A DNA stretch of 64,000 nucleotides. Origin: a bacterium (GTDB lineage Bacteria > Patescibacteriota > Saccharimonadia > CAILAD01 > GCA-016700035). The DNA lies in assembly GCA_016700035.1 (NCBI GenBank), contig CP064998.1, forward strand, positions 791,551 through 855,550. Reading direction: 5' to 3'. This document shows positions 1 through 9,925 of the stretch, piece after piece; the first letter of the stretch is position 1, and each line of letters opens with the position of its first letter. Position numbers and translations under genes: made by a program. Under the pieces are notes generated by a model. It did no database searches. It had not been told where the DNA came from and saw only the letters and a program-made list of their open reading frames with translations.

Positions 1-1
1 A

Positions 2-328
2 ACCGAAAATTCAATCGATGAGCAAAGCCCTTTTGATGAAATGCCCCCAGCCAGTACACCTAATAAAAATACCGATACATTGGTTCTATATCGATCGGTT
101 GGCTGTAAACAATGTGGCAATAGCGGATTTTCTGGTCGCATGGGTATTTACGAGGTACTTGATATATCAACTGAAATTGGCAATCTCATAACCGCCAAGG
201 CAACTGCCGATGAAATCCAAAAGCTCGCCATCAAGCAAGGTATGTCTACCATGCAAGAAGATGGCCTAATGAAAGCCCTGCAAGGCCTCACTACAATTGA
301 GGAGGTGTTGCGCGTAACGCGTGAGTAG
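2..328 (+). CDS. pilB: Type IV pilus assembly ATPase PilB/GspE, C-terminal fragment (5' end lies outside the window)
   Basis: The frame is open from the window edge. It carries the C-terminal tetracysteine-like motif GCKQCGNSGFSGRMGIYEVL that is typical of the GspE/PilB C-terminus. Confidence 0.75.
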   Translation, partial: TENSIDEQSPFDEMPPASTPNKNTDTLVLYRSVGCKQCGNSGFSGRMGIYEVLDISTEIGNLITAKATADEIQKLAIKQGMSTMQEDGLMKALQGLTTIEEVLRVTRE

Positions 329-336
329 ATTAGCAA

Positions 337-1554
337 ATGGAAACCTACACTTATCAAGCTCACTCTCGCTCAGGTCAAATCGTTAGCGGCACACAAAAGG
401 CCAACTCAAAAAAAGAGATTGTTGATGCACTGCTTGCTAAAGACATGACTCCAGTCATGATAGAATCTGCCGATAACTCGGGTATTGCCAGTAAAATAAA
501 GAGCCTCATTCCTCATGGCCGGGTCTCCATGAAGGAAAGGGTTATTTTTTCACGCCAATTTGCCACCATGATTGGTGCCGGAATTCCAATAGCCCGCTCA
601 CTGGCCATACTCAAAACTCAAACTTCCAACAAAACTCTAGCATCAGCCCTAGAAACCATTGCGCACGATGTCGAATCGGGCTCAACACTTTCTGATAGCA
701 TCTCTAAATATCCAAAAATCTTTAGCCCTATCTATACGTCCATGGTGCACGCTGGGGAAATTGGCGGTATTTTAGATGACGTCCTCAATCGCTTGGCCGA
801 TCAAATGGAAAAGGATTCCGAGCTGGTTAGTAAAGTGCGCGGTGCCATGGTCTATCCTGGTTTAATTTTTGTAGTTATGATTGCTGCGTTAATATTCATT
901 ATGACGGTAGTAGTTCCTCAACTAGAGGTTGTCTTTGAAGCTGTGGATACTGAATTACCATGGAACACACAGCTATTATTAAACCTATCGGCTACCATGC
1001 GCTCGCAAGGGATACTAATTGGGTTTATTGCAATAATAGGTATTTTTATCTTTCTGCGCTTTGCCAAAAAAAATCAAAAGCTTCGACATAGCTTACATCG
1101 ATTTTATTTAAAAATACCTGTTTTCGGCATGATAATGCGAAAAATAAATATTGCTCGTTTCGCCCGTACCTTTGGTGCGCTACTTGGAGCTGGCATACCC
1201 GTCCTAGATGCACTAAAAGTGGTAAGCGATTCGCTGTCTAATGTAATTATGCAAGATGAACTTGTGGCTGCCTCCACTGCCGTACGTAACGGTGGAAGTA
1301 TCGCCAAAGCTCTAAAATCCAGTAAAGTTTTCCCTGTTATCGTACCGGAAATGATTGCCATTGGTGAAGAAACTGGTGAATTAGAGAAAATACTTATAAA
1401 ATTAGCAGATTTCTACGATAAAGAAGTCCAGTCTCTAGTCGCCAACATCTCATCTGTTATAGAACCCATGATGCTCATAGTAATGGGGAGCTTAGTAGGT
1501 TTTATTATAGTCAGCGTGATTGGCCCGCTATACCAACTAACGAGTGGATTTTAA
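337..1554 (+). CDS. pilC: Type IV pilus platform protein PilC (GspF family)
   Basis: 405 aa with two T2SF-like repeats and 3 predicted TM segments. It sits directly downstream of pilB. Confidence 0.85.
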   Translation: METYTYQAHSRSGQIVSGTQKANSKKEIVDALLAKDMTPVMIESADNSGIASKIKSLIPHGRVSMKERVIFSRQFATMIGAGIPIARSLAILKTQTSNKTLASALETIAHDVESGSTLSDSISKYPKIFSPIYTSMVHAGEIGGILDDVLNRLADQMEKDSELVSKVRGAMVYPGLIFVVMIAALIFIMTVVVPQLEVVFEAVDTELPWNTQLLLNLSATMRSQGILIGFIAIIGIFIFLRFAKKNQKLRHSLHRFYLKIPVFGMIMRKINIARFARTFGALLGAGIPVLDALKVVSDSLSNVIMQDELVAASTAVRNGGSIAKALKSSKVFPVIVPEMIAIGEETGELEKILIKLADFYDKEVQSLVANISSVIEPMMLIVMGSLVGFIIVSVIGPLYQLTSGF

Positions 1555-1643
1555 ATATCGAATTTGGGTTGACCATTAAGCATAAGCGCAATATAATCAA
1601 ATCATCATTAATGAATTAATAATTGGAGGATAATCCTTAAGTT

Positions 1644-2054
1644 ATGCAACTAATAAACCGCAAGCAAAAAGGCTTCACGCTACTCGAACTGCTCATCGTT
1701 ATTGTTATCATTGGTATCTTGATAGCACTGGTTTTGCCAAACCTTATTAACGGCCCAATTCGTGCCCGTGACGTCCGTCGAAAAGAAGACTTAAATGCCA
1801 TCTCAAGTGGTCTCGAGCAATATTACAATGATAACCAGGCCTACCCAGCTGCTCTAGCCGACCTGACTGCAGGTAACTACTTGAAGGAGATTCCACAAGA
1901 TCCTCGTAGTAACGCCAGCTATACCTACACACCACTACCAGCAACTGGCCCACCATACACTAGCTTTACCCTACAGGCCACGCTTGAAAACAATAACGAC
2001 AAAGATATTAAGTCTGGCACTACAGATACCTATGAGGTGGTAAACAAACAATAA
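1644..2054 (+). CDS. Type IV pilin (prepilin-type N-terminal cleavage/methylation domain)
   Basis: N-terminus KQKGFTLLELLIVIVIIGILIALVLPN is a class III signal plus hydrophobic helix. It has an RBS ggagga, is 136 aa, and is followed by a strong hairpin. Confidence 0.8.
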   Translation: MQLINRKQKGFTLLELLIVIVIIGILIALVLPNLINGPIRARDVRRKEDLNAISSGLEQYYNDNQAYPAALADLTAGNYLKEIPQDPRSNASYTYTPLPATGPPYTSFTLQATLENNNDKDIKSGTTDTYEVVNKQ

Positions 2055-2064
2055 TCACCTGTTA

Positions 2065-2114
2065 CACATAACTCTAAAAGCCACTCTAAATAGGGTGGCT
2101 TTTAGAGTTATGTG
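2065..2114 (+). terminator. Perfect 20-bp-arm inverted repeat (cacataactctaaaagccac / gtggcttttagagttatgtg) with a 10-nt loop, downstream of the pilin gene
   Basis: Read directly from the sequence. It lies immediately after the pilin stop. There is no long T tract beyond the embedded ttt, so it may be a terminator, an attenuator or an RNA stability element. Confidence 0.5.
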
Positions 2115-2166
2115 TATACCTGTACAATGGTATTATAATCATAAGCGTAATTAGATTTTATAAATA

Positions 2167-3243
2167 ATGCATTTACCCCTAATATATAAAAATCAAGCCG
2201 TATTTGGACTAGATATAGGTCAGCATGAAGCTAAGTTCTTGGAACTAAAAAAATCCAAGCGTAGCTATCAGCTAATTGGCATTGGCTCCGTTGAGCTTGG
2301 GTCTGACACAGTAATTGAAGGTGTAATAGCTGAACCCGAACATCTCGCAGAGATAATCCAAGCCGGTCTTAAAAGACCATCTTATGGGCGCATAACGGCA
2401 AAAGCAGTGGCTGTTGGCTTACCACAGGCACACCTCTTCACTCGATCAATTACACTGCCGGCTATGAAGCGAGAAAAACTCACTGAAGCCGTGCAATGGG
2501 AATCGCAACAATATATCCCTATGCCAATGAGCGATCTATACATGGATTTCGAAATAGTTGAAGAAAAAAAAGATACTACCGGCGCAATAAAGAATTATGA
2601 AATATTCCTAGTGGCAGCACCACGCGCAATTATTGATAGCTATATTAAACTATTGGAATTTTTACAACTCACGCCACATAGCTTTGAAACAACTTTAGCG
2701 GCAAATATTCGAGCCCTACATCCAAATAGTGAAAGTCATACACCTGTCTTGGTATTAGATGTGGGCTCTACTGCAACCGATATGGCCATCGTTACTGATA
2801 CTATTAAAGTATCTACCACAACTCCATTCGGAGGCGATCAGGTAACTAAAATTATTGCTCACCACTTAAAAGTATCTAATGAACACGCCCTAGAGATTAA
2901 AACTAAGTTTGGTATAGCTGAGTCTGGCTTGCAAGAAAAAGTCGTCTCGGCACTTCACATTTCACTGGATCAATTAGTTACTGAGATACAAAAGCTTATC
3001 AAATACTACCAGGAGCGGTCAACCGATGAGCGCCACAGCCCAATAGAGCAAATACTAGTAACGGGTGGAGCTTCACACATGCCAGGTTTTGCTAAGTATT
3101 TAGAGACAAAGCTAAAACTACCTATACTAATTACTTCTGCTTGGGATCACCACAATGTAAAACTCGCCTCACCACTACCTCAAGATGTAACATCGGGCTT
3201 TACAACTGCTTTTGGGCTAGGCTTGCGAGGATTTTGTGAATGA
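2167..3243 (+). CDS. pilM: Type IV pilus assembly protein PilM (actin-like ATPase fold)
   Basis: 358 aa. N-terminal GLDIG motif and a PilM/FtsA-like layout. It overlaps pilN by 4 nt (atga). Confidence 0.8.
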   Translation: MHLPLIYKNQAVFGLDIGQHEAKFLELKKSKRSYQLIGIGSVELGSDTVIEGVIAEPEHLAEIIQAGLKRPSYGRITAKAVAVGLPQAHLFTRSITLPAMKREKLTEAVQWESQQYIPMPMSDLYMDFEIVEEKKDTTGAIKNYEIFLVAAPRAIIDSYIKLLEFLQLTPHSFETTLAANIRALHPNSESHTPVLVLDVGSTATDMAIVTDTIKVSTTTPFGGDQVTKIIAHHLKVSNEHALEIKTKFGIAESGLQEKVVSALHISLDQLVTEIQKLIKYYQERSTDERHSPIEQILVTGGASHMPGFAKYLETKLKLPILITSAWDHHNVKLASPLPQDVTSGFTTAFGLGLRGFCE

Positions 3244-3794
3244 TTAATCTACTACCACCAGAAATAAAGGCACAACGACACTACTCACAGTATAATCGCC
3301 TACTGATCCACATTCTGATCGGTGTGCTAGTTTTAGCAATACTAACGACAGGTGCATTTTATGTAACTGGACTAATGCTTAACCAAGAGCAAACCAGACT
3401 AGCTAAAGATATTGCACGCGAAGGTGATAAGAGTAAAAATTACGGACAAATTGAGAGCCAAGCCAAAGCCCTAGCCGATCGCCTTACTACCATCGAGAAG
3501 ATCCAATCGGGTCGGACTAATTATCCAGCACTTTTAAGAGCACTAGCTGAAGCCACACCTTCGGATGTCTACGTTGCAAGCTTTGCCGTAGAGCCAGCCG
3601 GAAAAACAATGAGCCTCACATCATATGCTGCCTCCGACCAAGCTGCAGCTAATTTTAAAAACGCTCTAGAGGCATCACCTCGCTTTAACTCCGCCGCCAT
3701 TCAGGTAATCGAGCCTACATCCGACCCCTACTCCGCTCAACCAACTAGCCGGGTCACCTTTGTAGTGGGTCTCGAACCGGGAGCGCTACAATGA
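3240..3794 (+). CDS. pilN: Type IV pilus assembly protein PilN
   Basis: 184 aa with N-terminal LLPPE, a single TM helix and a coiled-coil. Its position after pilM and its 4-nt overlap with the next gene fit pilN. Confidence 0.7.
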   Translation: MINLLPPEIKAQRHYSQYNRLLIHILIGVLVLAILTTGAFYVTGLMLNQEQTRLAKDIAREGDKSKNYGQIESQAKALADRLTTIEKIQSGRTNYPALLRALAEATPSDVYVASFAVEPAGKTMSLTSYAASDQAAANFKNALEASPRFNSAAIQVIEPTSDPYSAQPTSRVTFVVGLEPGALQ

Positions 3795-4348
3795 AAGCTA
3801 AGTTATTTTTCTACATTCTGTGTGGCCTACTCATCTTAACTATTGTGGCGTTTGGTGTAGGCTACGTCTGGGGGCGTGAAAAACTTGTAGCTCAAAAAGA
3901 AACTATCAACGAAAAAAAGCTTGAACTAAACAATAATCAAAAACGCATCGATCAACTAATTCAGCTCTCAAGACGCTATGAAGCCGTAAAATCTAGATCA
4001 AGCGAAATTGATCAAGCCCTACCAAAAACCTCTCAGCAAGCTGAGATACTACTGGAACTAAAGGCTGCCGCCCAAGAATCTGGAGTTAATATCGCCAGTA
4101 TGCAGTTTACCGGCACGGCAACGCCTGCAAATGCCAGCACCAATCAAGCTACAGCTCAGCAAGATTTATTTATCCTACCAATCTCAATCCGCGCATCCGG
4201 TAGCTATCCACAAATTATTGCCTTCCTTAACCGCCTTGACACCCTCAGTCGCTATAATTCGGTTACTTCACTAGCAGCCAATAAGCCCGCTACTAATCCC
4301 AACCTACTAGAAGTTAGCATGTCATTGGTGGCATATTTGAAGCCATAG
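3791..4348 (+). CDS. pilO: Type IV pilus assembly protein PilO-like
   Basis: 185 aa with a single N-terminal TM helix and a coiled-coil. The call rests on position in the pilMNO block. Confidence 0.6.
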   Translation: MKAKLFFYILCGLLILTIVAFGVGYVWGREKLVAQKETINEKKLELNNNQKRIDQLIQLSRRYEAVKSRSSEIDQALPKTSQQAEILLELKAAAQESGVNIASMQFTGTATPANASTNQATAQQDLFILPISIRASGSYPQIIAFLNRLDTLSRYNSVTSLAANKPATNPNLLEVSMSLVAYLKP

Positions 4349-4357
4349 GAGAAAATT

Positions 4358-4666
4358 ATGAACTTAAACGTCAAACTTAATGCCGATACCATAAAAGTAA
4401 TAGTTAAAAAATTAGCCAAATCACTTGGTGTTATTGCAGTTTTAGCTGCAGGTGGCTTTGTTATCTATACGGGGTATTTCCTAACTAATCTTCTCTATTC
4501 TACAGGCGACATAGCAACAGCTGAAAAAAAACAGACAGACACTGCTGCTGCAAAACAAATCCGCTTTAACGAAAAAACTCTCCAGTCGCTCGATAACTTA
4601 ACACCAGCAAGAACGGCCCCGAGCACTGAAGATGTTGGTAAAGAAGATCCCTTTGCCCCCAACTAG
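4358..4666 (+). CDS. Hypothetical single-TM protein, last gene of the pilus operon
   Basis: 102 aa with an RBS ggagaaaatt and one TM helix. I recognise no family. Confidence 0.4.
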   Translation: MNLNVKLNADTIKVIVKKLAKSLGVIAVLAAGGFVIYTGYFLTNLLYSTGDIATAEKKQTDTAAAKQIRFNEKTLQSLDNLTPARTAPSTEDVGKEDPFAPN

Positions 4667-4697
4667 TTATTAACCCCTGTACTAATACGGCTACGAC

Positions 4698-5297
4698 TTA
4701 CCGATCAGATTCTTTACGAATTAGGCCATCACCTTCGACTGGCTTGGTCTCGGCAAATTTCTCGTAGGTCTCTACAATGGTAGCCTTCACATCATACGGA
4801 TTGGGGACATAATCAAAATGAAACAGTTCTTTCTCACCTGCTGTCTGGACCGTCACCGTACCATAGTGAAAAATAGTCTGCATCGGACCCTTAACCTGTA
4901 CTGAAATATCCTGCACTCGGCTTAGGCGTAGCGTTGCAATGGTACGCTGAAAAAGCCCCACCTGATCCATATCTACAATATTTTCATCAGTAATGAATAG
5001 TCGGTTTTGCCACCACACATAAATGGATGCCACAGCCATAAAACAAGCTAGTAAGATTGCCCCAAAACCCACTGGAATAAGCGGTATTGGTATGGCTTCT
5101 GTCGTATGTCCCGCAAAATTAGTTGACGGAATACCCGGATCACCAGCTGCACCCCAGTAAATCAGTATCAATCCAATAAAGAATAGTAATACTGCCACAC
5201 TAACATAGGGCAACACCGCCATAATGTGCTTGTGTATTACGGTTTGAACAACCTCTTTGTCGTCTTGCCCGGGGTAACGTCGATCTAGTTCTTCCAT
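4698..5297 (-). CDS. Membrane protein with bacterial PH (YdbT/YdbS-like) domain
   Basis: Two TM helices followed by a WWQNRLFITDENIV...TVTVQTAGEKELF pattern, which is typical of the bPH_2 family. Confidence 0.55.
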   Translation of the reverse strand: MEELDRRYPGQDDKEVVQTVIHKHIMAVLPYVSVAVLLFFIGLILIYWGAAGDPGIPSTNFAGHTTEAIPIPLIPVGFGAILLACFMAVASIYVWWQNRLFITDENIVDMDQVGLFQRTIATLRLSRVQDISVQVKGPMQTIFHYGTVTVQTAGEKELFHFDYVPNPYDVKATIVETYEKFAETKPVEGDGLIRKESDR

Positions 5298-5311
5298 GTC
5301 TGTATTTTACG

Positions 5312-6364
5312 CTATTCCTCCATATTTAAGGAAATTTGTTGATCTGAGTTTAAATTTGTATCTGGTGGGGTTAAGCCTAAATGCCTATACCCTTTCTCGC
5401 TCACCATCCGTCCGCGTGAAGTTCGCCTCAAAAGACCCTGCTGAATAAGATATGGCTCAACCACATCTTCGATAGTTTGTCGTTCTTCCGAAAGTGCTGC
5501 AGCCAAAGCTTCCACTCCAGCTGGACCACCATTATAGTGATCAATTAAAGTTTGTAAGACTCGACGATCGGCGCTATCCAGACCGAGGGCGTCAACCTCT
5601 AATAGGGCAAAGGTTGCATCCAGCACATCTCTATTAACTACAGCATCATTATGTACTTCGGCATAATCACGAATTCGGCGGATCAATCTATTTGCAATAC
5701 GTGGCGTTAATCTTGAACGAGCAGCTAACTCAACCAAGGCATCATCTTCCATGCGGATTTTCATCAAACGAGCGGTACGGGATAAAATTCTTGCTATCTC
5801 GTCGGGAGAATAAAACTCTAGGCGCTGAACTATCCCAAATCTATCTCTTAACGGCCCCGATAACGCCCCAAACCGAGTAGTTGCACCAATGATGGTAATT
5901 GGCGCCAACTCTAGCCGTAGCGACTGCGCTGATGGTCCCTTGCCCAACATAATATCAATCACATAATCCTCCATCGCCGGATATAAAATTTCTTCTACAA
6001 TTCTACTTAGACGATGAATTTCATCAATAAACAACACATCCCCAGCATTGAGATTTGTTAATAAGCTCGCCAGATCTCCAGCTCGCTCAATGGCTGGACC
6101 AGAGGTAATCTTTAGCTGGCCACCCAACTCGCTTGCAATAATGTGGGCTAGGGTTGTCTTACCTAGCCCTGGTGGTCCATACAAAAGCACATGGTCTAGC
6201 GCATCGCCACGTTTTTTTGATGCCGCTATCGCCAACCGCAGTGCGTCAATTGCTTGGCGCTGACCGATATATTCATCAAAATTAGCCGGACGAAGTGACT
6301 CCTCAAACTGAGTCTCCTCACTACTGGCGTCTGGTCGCACTAAATCATCCTGTCGCTCTATCAT
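5312..6364 (-). CDS. ruvB: Holliday junction branch-migration helicase RuvB
   Basis: Walker [16 protein letters not shown] and AAA+ RuvB-like N, M and C domains. It overlaps ruvA by 4 nt. Confidence 0.92.
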   Translation of the reverse strand: MIERQDDLVRPDASSEETQFEESLRPANFDEYIGQRQAIDALRLAIAASKKRGDALDHVLLYGPPGLGKTTLAHIIASELGGQLKITSGPAIERAGDLASLLTNLNAGDVLFIDEIHRLSRIVEEILYPAMEDYVIDIMLGKGPSAQSLRLELAPITIIGATTRFGALSGPLRDRFGIVQRLEFYSPDEIARILSRTARLMKIRMEDDALVELAARSRLTPRIANRLIRRIRDYAEVHNDAVVNRDVLDATFALLEVDALGLDSADRRVLQTLIDHYNGGPAGVEALAAALSEERQTIEDVVEPYLIQQGLLRRTSRGRMVSEKGYRHLGLTPPDTNLNSDQQISLNMEE

Positions 6365-6918
6365 GAACCAATCTCCCGCAAAGCTTGTCGAACCCGCTCA
6401 CCCGTATCGAGGTCAGTGGCAACCCCGCTTAGGGCTGCTTGAGCTTGATCAGCCCGATAACCTAGCTGAACCAAGGCTTGCAAAGCTGGGTCGGCAGTTT
6501 TTGTAACTGGTTGATCACTAGCGACTAGCTTGCCTCTCAGTTCTAGAATTATCCGCTGAGCTGTCTTACGCCCCACTCCACTTACCTGACTGAGCCGAGT
6601 AGTCTCTTCAGAATCAATAATGGTCATCAAAGTTTCGCCATCGTATAATGAAACAATTGCATGGGCCATCTTAGCACCAACTCCGTTAACACTCACTAAC
6701 TTGCGGTACAATTGCCTCTCACTTTCAACCCGAAAGCCGTACAGATCATAGCTATCCTCACGGATATTTTCAGATATATAAAATCCAACTTTCGCACCAA
6801 TCTCCAATTCGGCAACATCGCGCACTGGTACGATCAGCTCATAACCAACGCCATGCACGTTCAATATAATGCGATCATAATCACGGGTGGCAACTACCCC
6901 CTCCAAGTGCGCTATCAT
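6361..6918 (-). CDS. ruvA: Holliday junction DNA-binding protein RuvA
   Basis: The conserved start MIAHLEGVV lies 50 codons inside the longer ORF that extends to 7068. I judge that upstream extension spurious (Cys/Trp-rich). The C-terminal half contains HhH motifs. Confidence 0.85.
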   Translation of the reverse strand: MIAHLEGVVATRDYDRIILNVHGVGYELIVPVRDVAELEIGAKVGFYISENIREDSYDLYGFRVESERQLYRKLVSVNGVGAKMAHAIVSLYDGETLMTIIDSEETTRLSQVSGVGRKTAQRIILELRGKLVASDQPVTKTADPALQALVQLGYRADQAQAALSGVATDLDTGERVRQALREIGS

Positions 6919-7020
6919 ATACTCATTATTACACATTCTGCGGCAAAAGGTCTGTACTCCACCCTCCCAAACACGTAATATACAAATAAGATAGCACCTT
7001 ACGTAGCACCAAGGGGGAAG

Positions 7021-7308
7021 ATGAGCATCACCGATGATCATCGAGCAGCCGTACTTGTAGCCAAGCATTCAGGAGATCCCGACTACTGGCGTGAGTTCGC
7101 CAACTGTCTGGGAGCAAATCCAGATCTTTTCTTTCCAGATCGTGGTGTCTCAACTAAAGAGGCCAAGCAGACCTGTCAAGACTGCATAGTGCGCGAAGAT
7201 TGCCTGGCATTCGCCCTAGCTAATTGTGAACGATTCGGTATCTGGGGCGGACTATCGGAACGCCAGCGCCGTCGTATGCGCCGCCAGAACTCTCCTCGCC
7301 CACGCTAA
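7021..7308 (+). CDS. WhiB-like (Wbl) 4Fe-4S transcription factor
   Basis: Cys pattern C-x22-C-x2-C-x5-C (CLGANPD...CQDCIVREDC), then GIWGGLSERQRRRMRRQ, the G[VI]WGG turn plus a basic tail. Local GC is slightly above its surroundings. Confidence 0.75.
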   Translation: MSITDDHRAAVLVAKHSGDPDYWREFANCLGANPDLFFPDRGVSTKEAKQTCQDCIVREDCLAFALANCERFGIWGGLSERQRRRMRRQNSPRPR

Positions 7309-7353
7309 ACCAATTAAGGTCTGCCTTGGCTAAAATTTCCACACCGCGAAGTA

Positions 7354-7833
7354 TTAGCGTGGTGTTTTTATATGGCCAGTATGCATCAGGGCAATAGCTA
7401 GGGCATCAGCTGCATCATCAGGCTTTGGAATAGCACTGAGTTTAAGACGGACTTTAACCATTTCTTGTACCTGCCTTTTAGTAGCCTTACCATAACCGGC
7501 TATACCCTGCTTAACTTGCAACGGCGTGTACTCAAAAATTGCTACACCAGCCTGCTGCAATACCAGCAAAACCACACCACGCGCCTCACCAACCGTCATG
7601 GCAGTCGTAACATTGGTTGAAAAAAATAATTTCTCAACTGCCACCTCTTGTGGTTGATGTTTTTGCATAAGACCCTGCAAATCATCATATAAAACCGCAA
7701 GCCTCTGGGCATGGGTTAAATCCTTGTGAGTTGTAATTACGCCACAGTCTACTAGTTTATTTATACCTTTTTCATGCCGTATCACACCAAAGCCAGTTGT
7801 TGCGATACCTGGATCAATACCAAGAATAATCAT
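7354..7833 (-). CDS. ruvC: Crossover junction endodeoxyribonuclease RuvC
   Basis: N-terminal MIILGIDPGIATTGFGVI (RNase H-like fold). 159 aa. Confidence 0.9.
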   Translation of the reverse strand: MIILGIDPGIATTGFGVIRHEKGINKLVDCGVITTHKDLTHAQRLAVLYDDLQGLMQKHQPQEVAVEKLFFSTNVTTAMTVGEARGVVLLVLQQAGVAIFEYTPLQVKQGIAGYGKATKRQVQEMVKVRLKLSAIPKPDDAADALAIALMHTGHIKTPR

Positions 7834-7909
7834 GTCACCAGTATACGTTAAGAAGTAATAGTAAATGAATAAAAAGAACCCACTCTGTTAAAAAGAGTGG
7901 GTTTACAGT

Positions 7910-8173
7910 CTAGCCAAACCAAGGTGCATGATTTGGCATGGGTGGTAGAGGCAAAGGACGATCTGCGTAGATCTCTAGTAATTGCCCTTGCTTCAGCACA
8001 AGGTACGCACCCGCATGATCGTCATCAGATGCTGAAATCTCCAGCACCACAACCACATCGGGCTGCTTGGCTGGATTGGGCTTGATCAGCCTGGCTCGCA
8101 CCGTTCGAGTATTACCAGCCTCATCCTGATAGCGCACGCGTCGACGTTCACCAAACGGAATGTCAGTCATCAA
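7910..8173 (-). CDS. Hypothetical protein
   Basis: 87-aa ORF that overlaps the start of the next gene. I recognise no family. Confidence 0.3.
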   Translation of the reverse strand: MMTDIPFGERRRVRYQDEAGNTRTVRARLIKPNPAKQPDVVVVLEISASDDDHAGAYLVLKQGQLLEIYADRPLPLPPMPNHAPWFG

Positions 8174-8864
8174 ACATCAGCTCCTCGTAACCACCGGCGT
8201 ATTTAGGGTTCTTCTCCCGAAACTCCGCCCCATGACCAATATTGGTCACGATTGGGCGATTTTCAGCGCAGAAAGGGCAGTTTTTAGACGAATAGTTTTT
8301 CACATCCAATTGCCAAGCCACATGCAGCACGGGCACGTCGAGCGAGCGAACTGTTACGGCACGTGTTCGATTCACCATACAAGCCACACCAACCACCTCT
8401 CCACCAGCTTGCCGTACAGCCTTAATGGTTTTCTTGATTGATTTTGCTGTCGTCATCACATCTTCAACTACTAGCACTCGCTTGCCACGTACAGTGCTCG
8501 CAAAACGTGAGCGCTCAAGGGCAAACTGCTTACCGTCCTTATCGGCCCACACCGCCTGCACATAAATGCCTTGAGCGATCAAGCGCTGCGACAGACCACC
8601 AATCAGATATACCCCACCGGTAGCCGGCCCCACCACAACCTCTGGATGACGCTCCGGACTAGAACTACTGAAAAAACAGTCTTTCCAAAAGTCATAGAAG
8701 TAGGCCATCCGTGAGGCGTCTGGGAAGATACGATCAGCATTAAGATAAATCTCAGCGTGATCGCCCGAGCTCAAGACCAAATGACTCCCCTCAATCACAG
8801 CTTTTGTCGCTGTAAAATGATTAACCGCCCACTGCTCGCTTCGAGCAATCGCTGGCAATTTCAT
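8163..8864 (-). CDS. Phosphoribosyltransferase (orotate PRTase-like) with C-terminal Cys-containing extension
   Basis: PRPP-binding motif RVLVVEDVMTTAKSIKKTIKAVRQAGGEVVGVACMVNR. An extra C-terminal ~40 aa carries CPFC. Confidence 0.6.
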   Translation of the reverse strand: MKLPAIARSEQWAVNHFTATKAVIEGSHLVLSSGDHAEIYLNADRIFPDASRMAYFYDFWKDCFFSSSSPERHPEVVVGPATGGVYLIGGLSQRLIAQGIYVQAVWADKDGKQFALERSRFASTVRGKRVLVVEDVMTTAKSIKKTIKAVRQAGGEVVGVACMVNRTRAVTVRSLDVPVLHVAWQLDVKNYSSKNCPFCAENRPIVTNIGHGAEFREKNPKYAGGYEELMFDD

Positions 8865-9076
8865 CGGATAATTCCCCTCTCTCGCAAGAACTCTTCTGGG
8901 TCAACGCCAGCGTCAAGCAACTCAGCCCACAGGCAGCCCAGCGTATCGCTGGAGTCCAGTTCCATCTCACGGATACTGGCTAGAACATCATAACTTAGTC
9001 TAGATGAACAGACTGCCAGCAAGTATTCCGGTGAGGGTAGGTCGACCAGGTCTTCCTCAACTCTCGCTCTATCCAC
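8861..9076 (-). CDS. Hypothetical acidic small protein
   Basis: 71 aa. It overlaps the downstream PRTase gene by 4 nt. Confidence 0.3.
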   Translation of the reverse strand: MDRARVEEDLVDLPSPEYLLAVCSSRLSYDVLASIREMELDSSDTLGCLWAELLDAGVDPEEFLRERGIIR

Positions 9077-9175
9077 GATTACTCCGCTCTATTTTAGGTG
9101 CAAAAATAACCGTGCTATTCTACATTCTTTTTAGGTATTTTTCAATAAATAAAATTTGACAAATACTGGCTATAT

Positions 9176-9916
9176 TCAGACACTAACTCGCTCAAGTAAG
9201 TCGTCTGAAATATCAAAGTTGGCTGTCACGCTAGAAACGTCATCAAGATCATCTAAAAAACTAATTAGCTTCATAATACTCCGAGCTTTACCTTCATCTT
9301 CTACTCGCACTGTTTGGTTTGGCACAAGCTCAATATCGGCCGATTCAACATTTGTTTCACCCAACGCCTCTTTCACGACCTCTAGATCTTTTGGTGTGGT
9401 ATAGACGACAAGCTGATCGCCCGAGTCGTCAATGTCAGTCGCACCAGCCTCTATAGCCATCAAGCTCATGTCGTCTTTATCGGCCGAAACCCTGCAGAGA
9501 ATCACACCTTTTTTATCAAACATATAGGCGACTGATCCAGTCGACCCAAGATTACCACCGTATTTAGAAAATGTACTTTTTACGTCTGAAGCTGTACGAT
9601 TACGATTATCTGTCAACGCCTCCACCATCACAGCCACACCAGCCGGACCATAGCCTTCATACACTAACTCCTCTAGTGATGCCCCTCCAGCCGTTCCAGC
9701 GCCACGCGCAATCGATCGATCAATATTAGAGGCCGGCATATTGGCCTGTTTAGCTTTTTGCACGGCAAGGCGCAAGCGAAAATTCATGTCTGGATCGGCT
9801 CCATCACGAGCCGCTAGTGCAATTTCATTGCCCAGCTTAGTAAAAATCTTTCCACGCTTAGCGTCAGCGGCACCTTTTTTATGCTTAATACTGTGCCATT
9901 TACTATGTCCACTCAT
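9176..9916 (-). CDS. YebC/PmpR-family DNA-binding transcriptional regulator
   Basis: N-terminus MSGHSKWHSIKHKKGAADAKRGKIFTKL is diagnostic for the YebC family. Confidence 0.9.
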   Translation of the reverse strand: MSGHSKWHSIKHKKGAADAKRGKIFTKLGNEIALAARDGADPDMNFRLRLAVQKAKQANMPASNIDRSIARGAGTAGGASLEELVYEGYGPAGVAVMVEALTDNRNRTASDVKSTFSKYGGNLGSTGSVAYMFDKKGVILCRVSADKDDMSLMAIEAGATDIDDSGDQLVVYTTPKDLEVVKEALGETNVESADIELVPNQTVRVEDEGKARSIMKLISFLDDLDDVSSVTANFDISDDLLERVSV

Positions 9917-9925
9917 ATAGCCGAA

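Noticed and set aside
148-363. Antisense ORFs inside well-supported genes (148-363, 1104-1361, 5692-5880, 6048-6263, 17575-17980, 19894-20223, 20722-21196, 26220-26524, 28737-29604, 44424-45165, 61789-62529 and others)
   Set aside because: They lie wholly within and opposite to conserved genes such as pilB/pilC, ruvB, dnaJ, dnaK, lepA, ftsH, the malic enzyme and fcl. Their composition is odd, with Cys/Trp/Ser/Arg-rich stretches. I read them as shadow ORFs.
6919-7068. N-terminal 50-codon extension of the RuvA ORF (MLGYKYGCSMII...)
   Set aside because: The conserved RuvA start MIAHLEG lies inside. The extension is Cys/Trp-rich, non-conserved, and would overlap the WhiB-like gene region.
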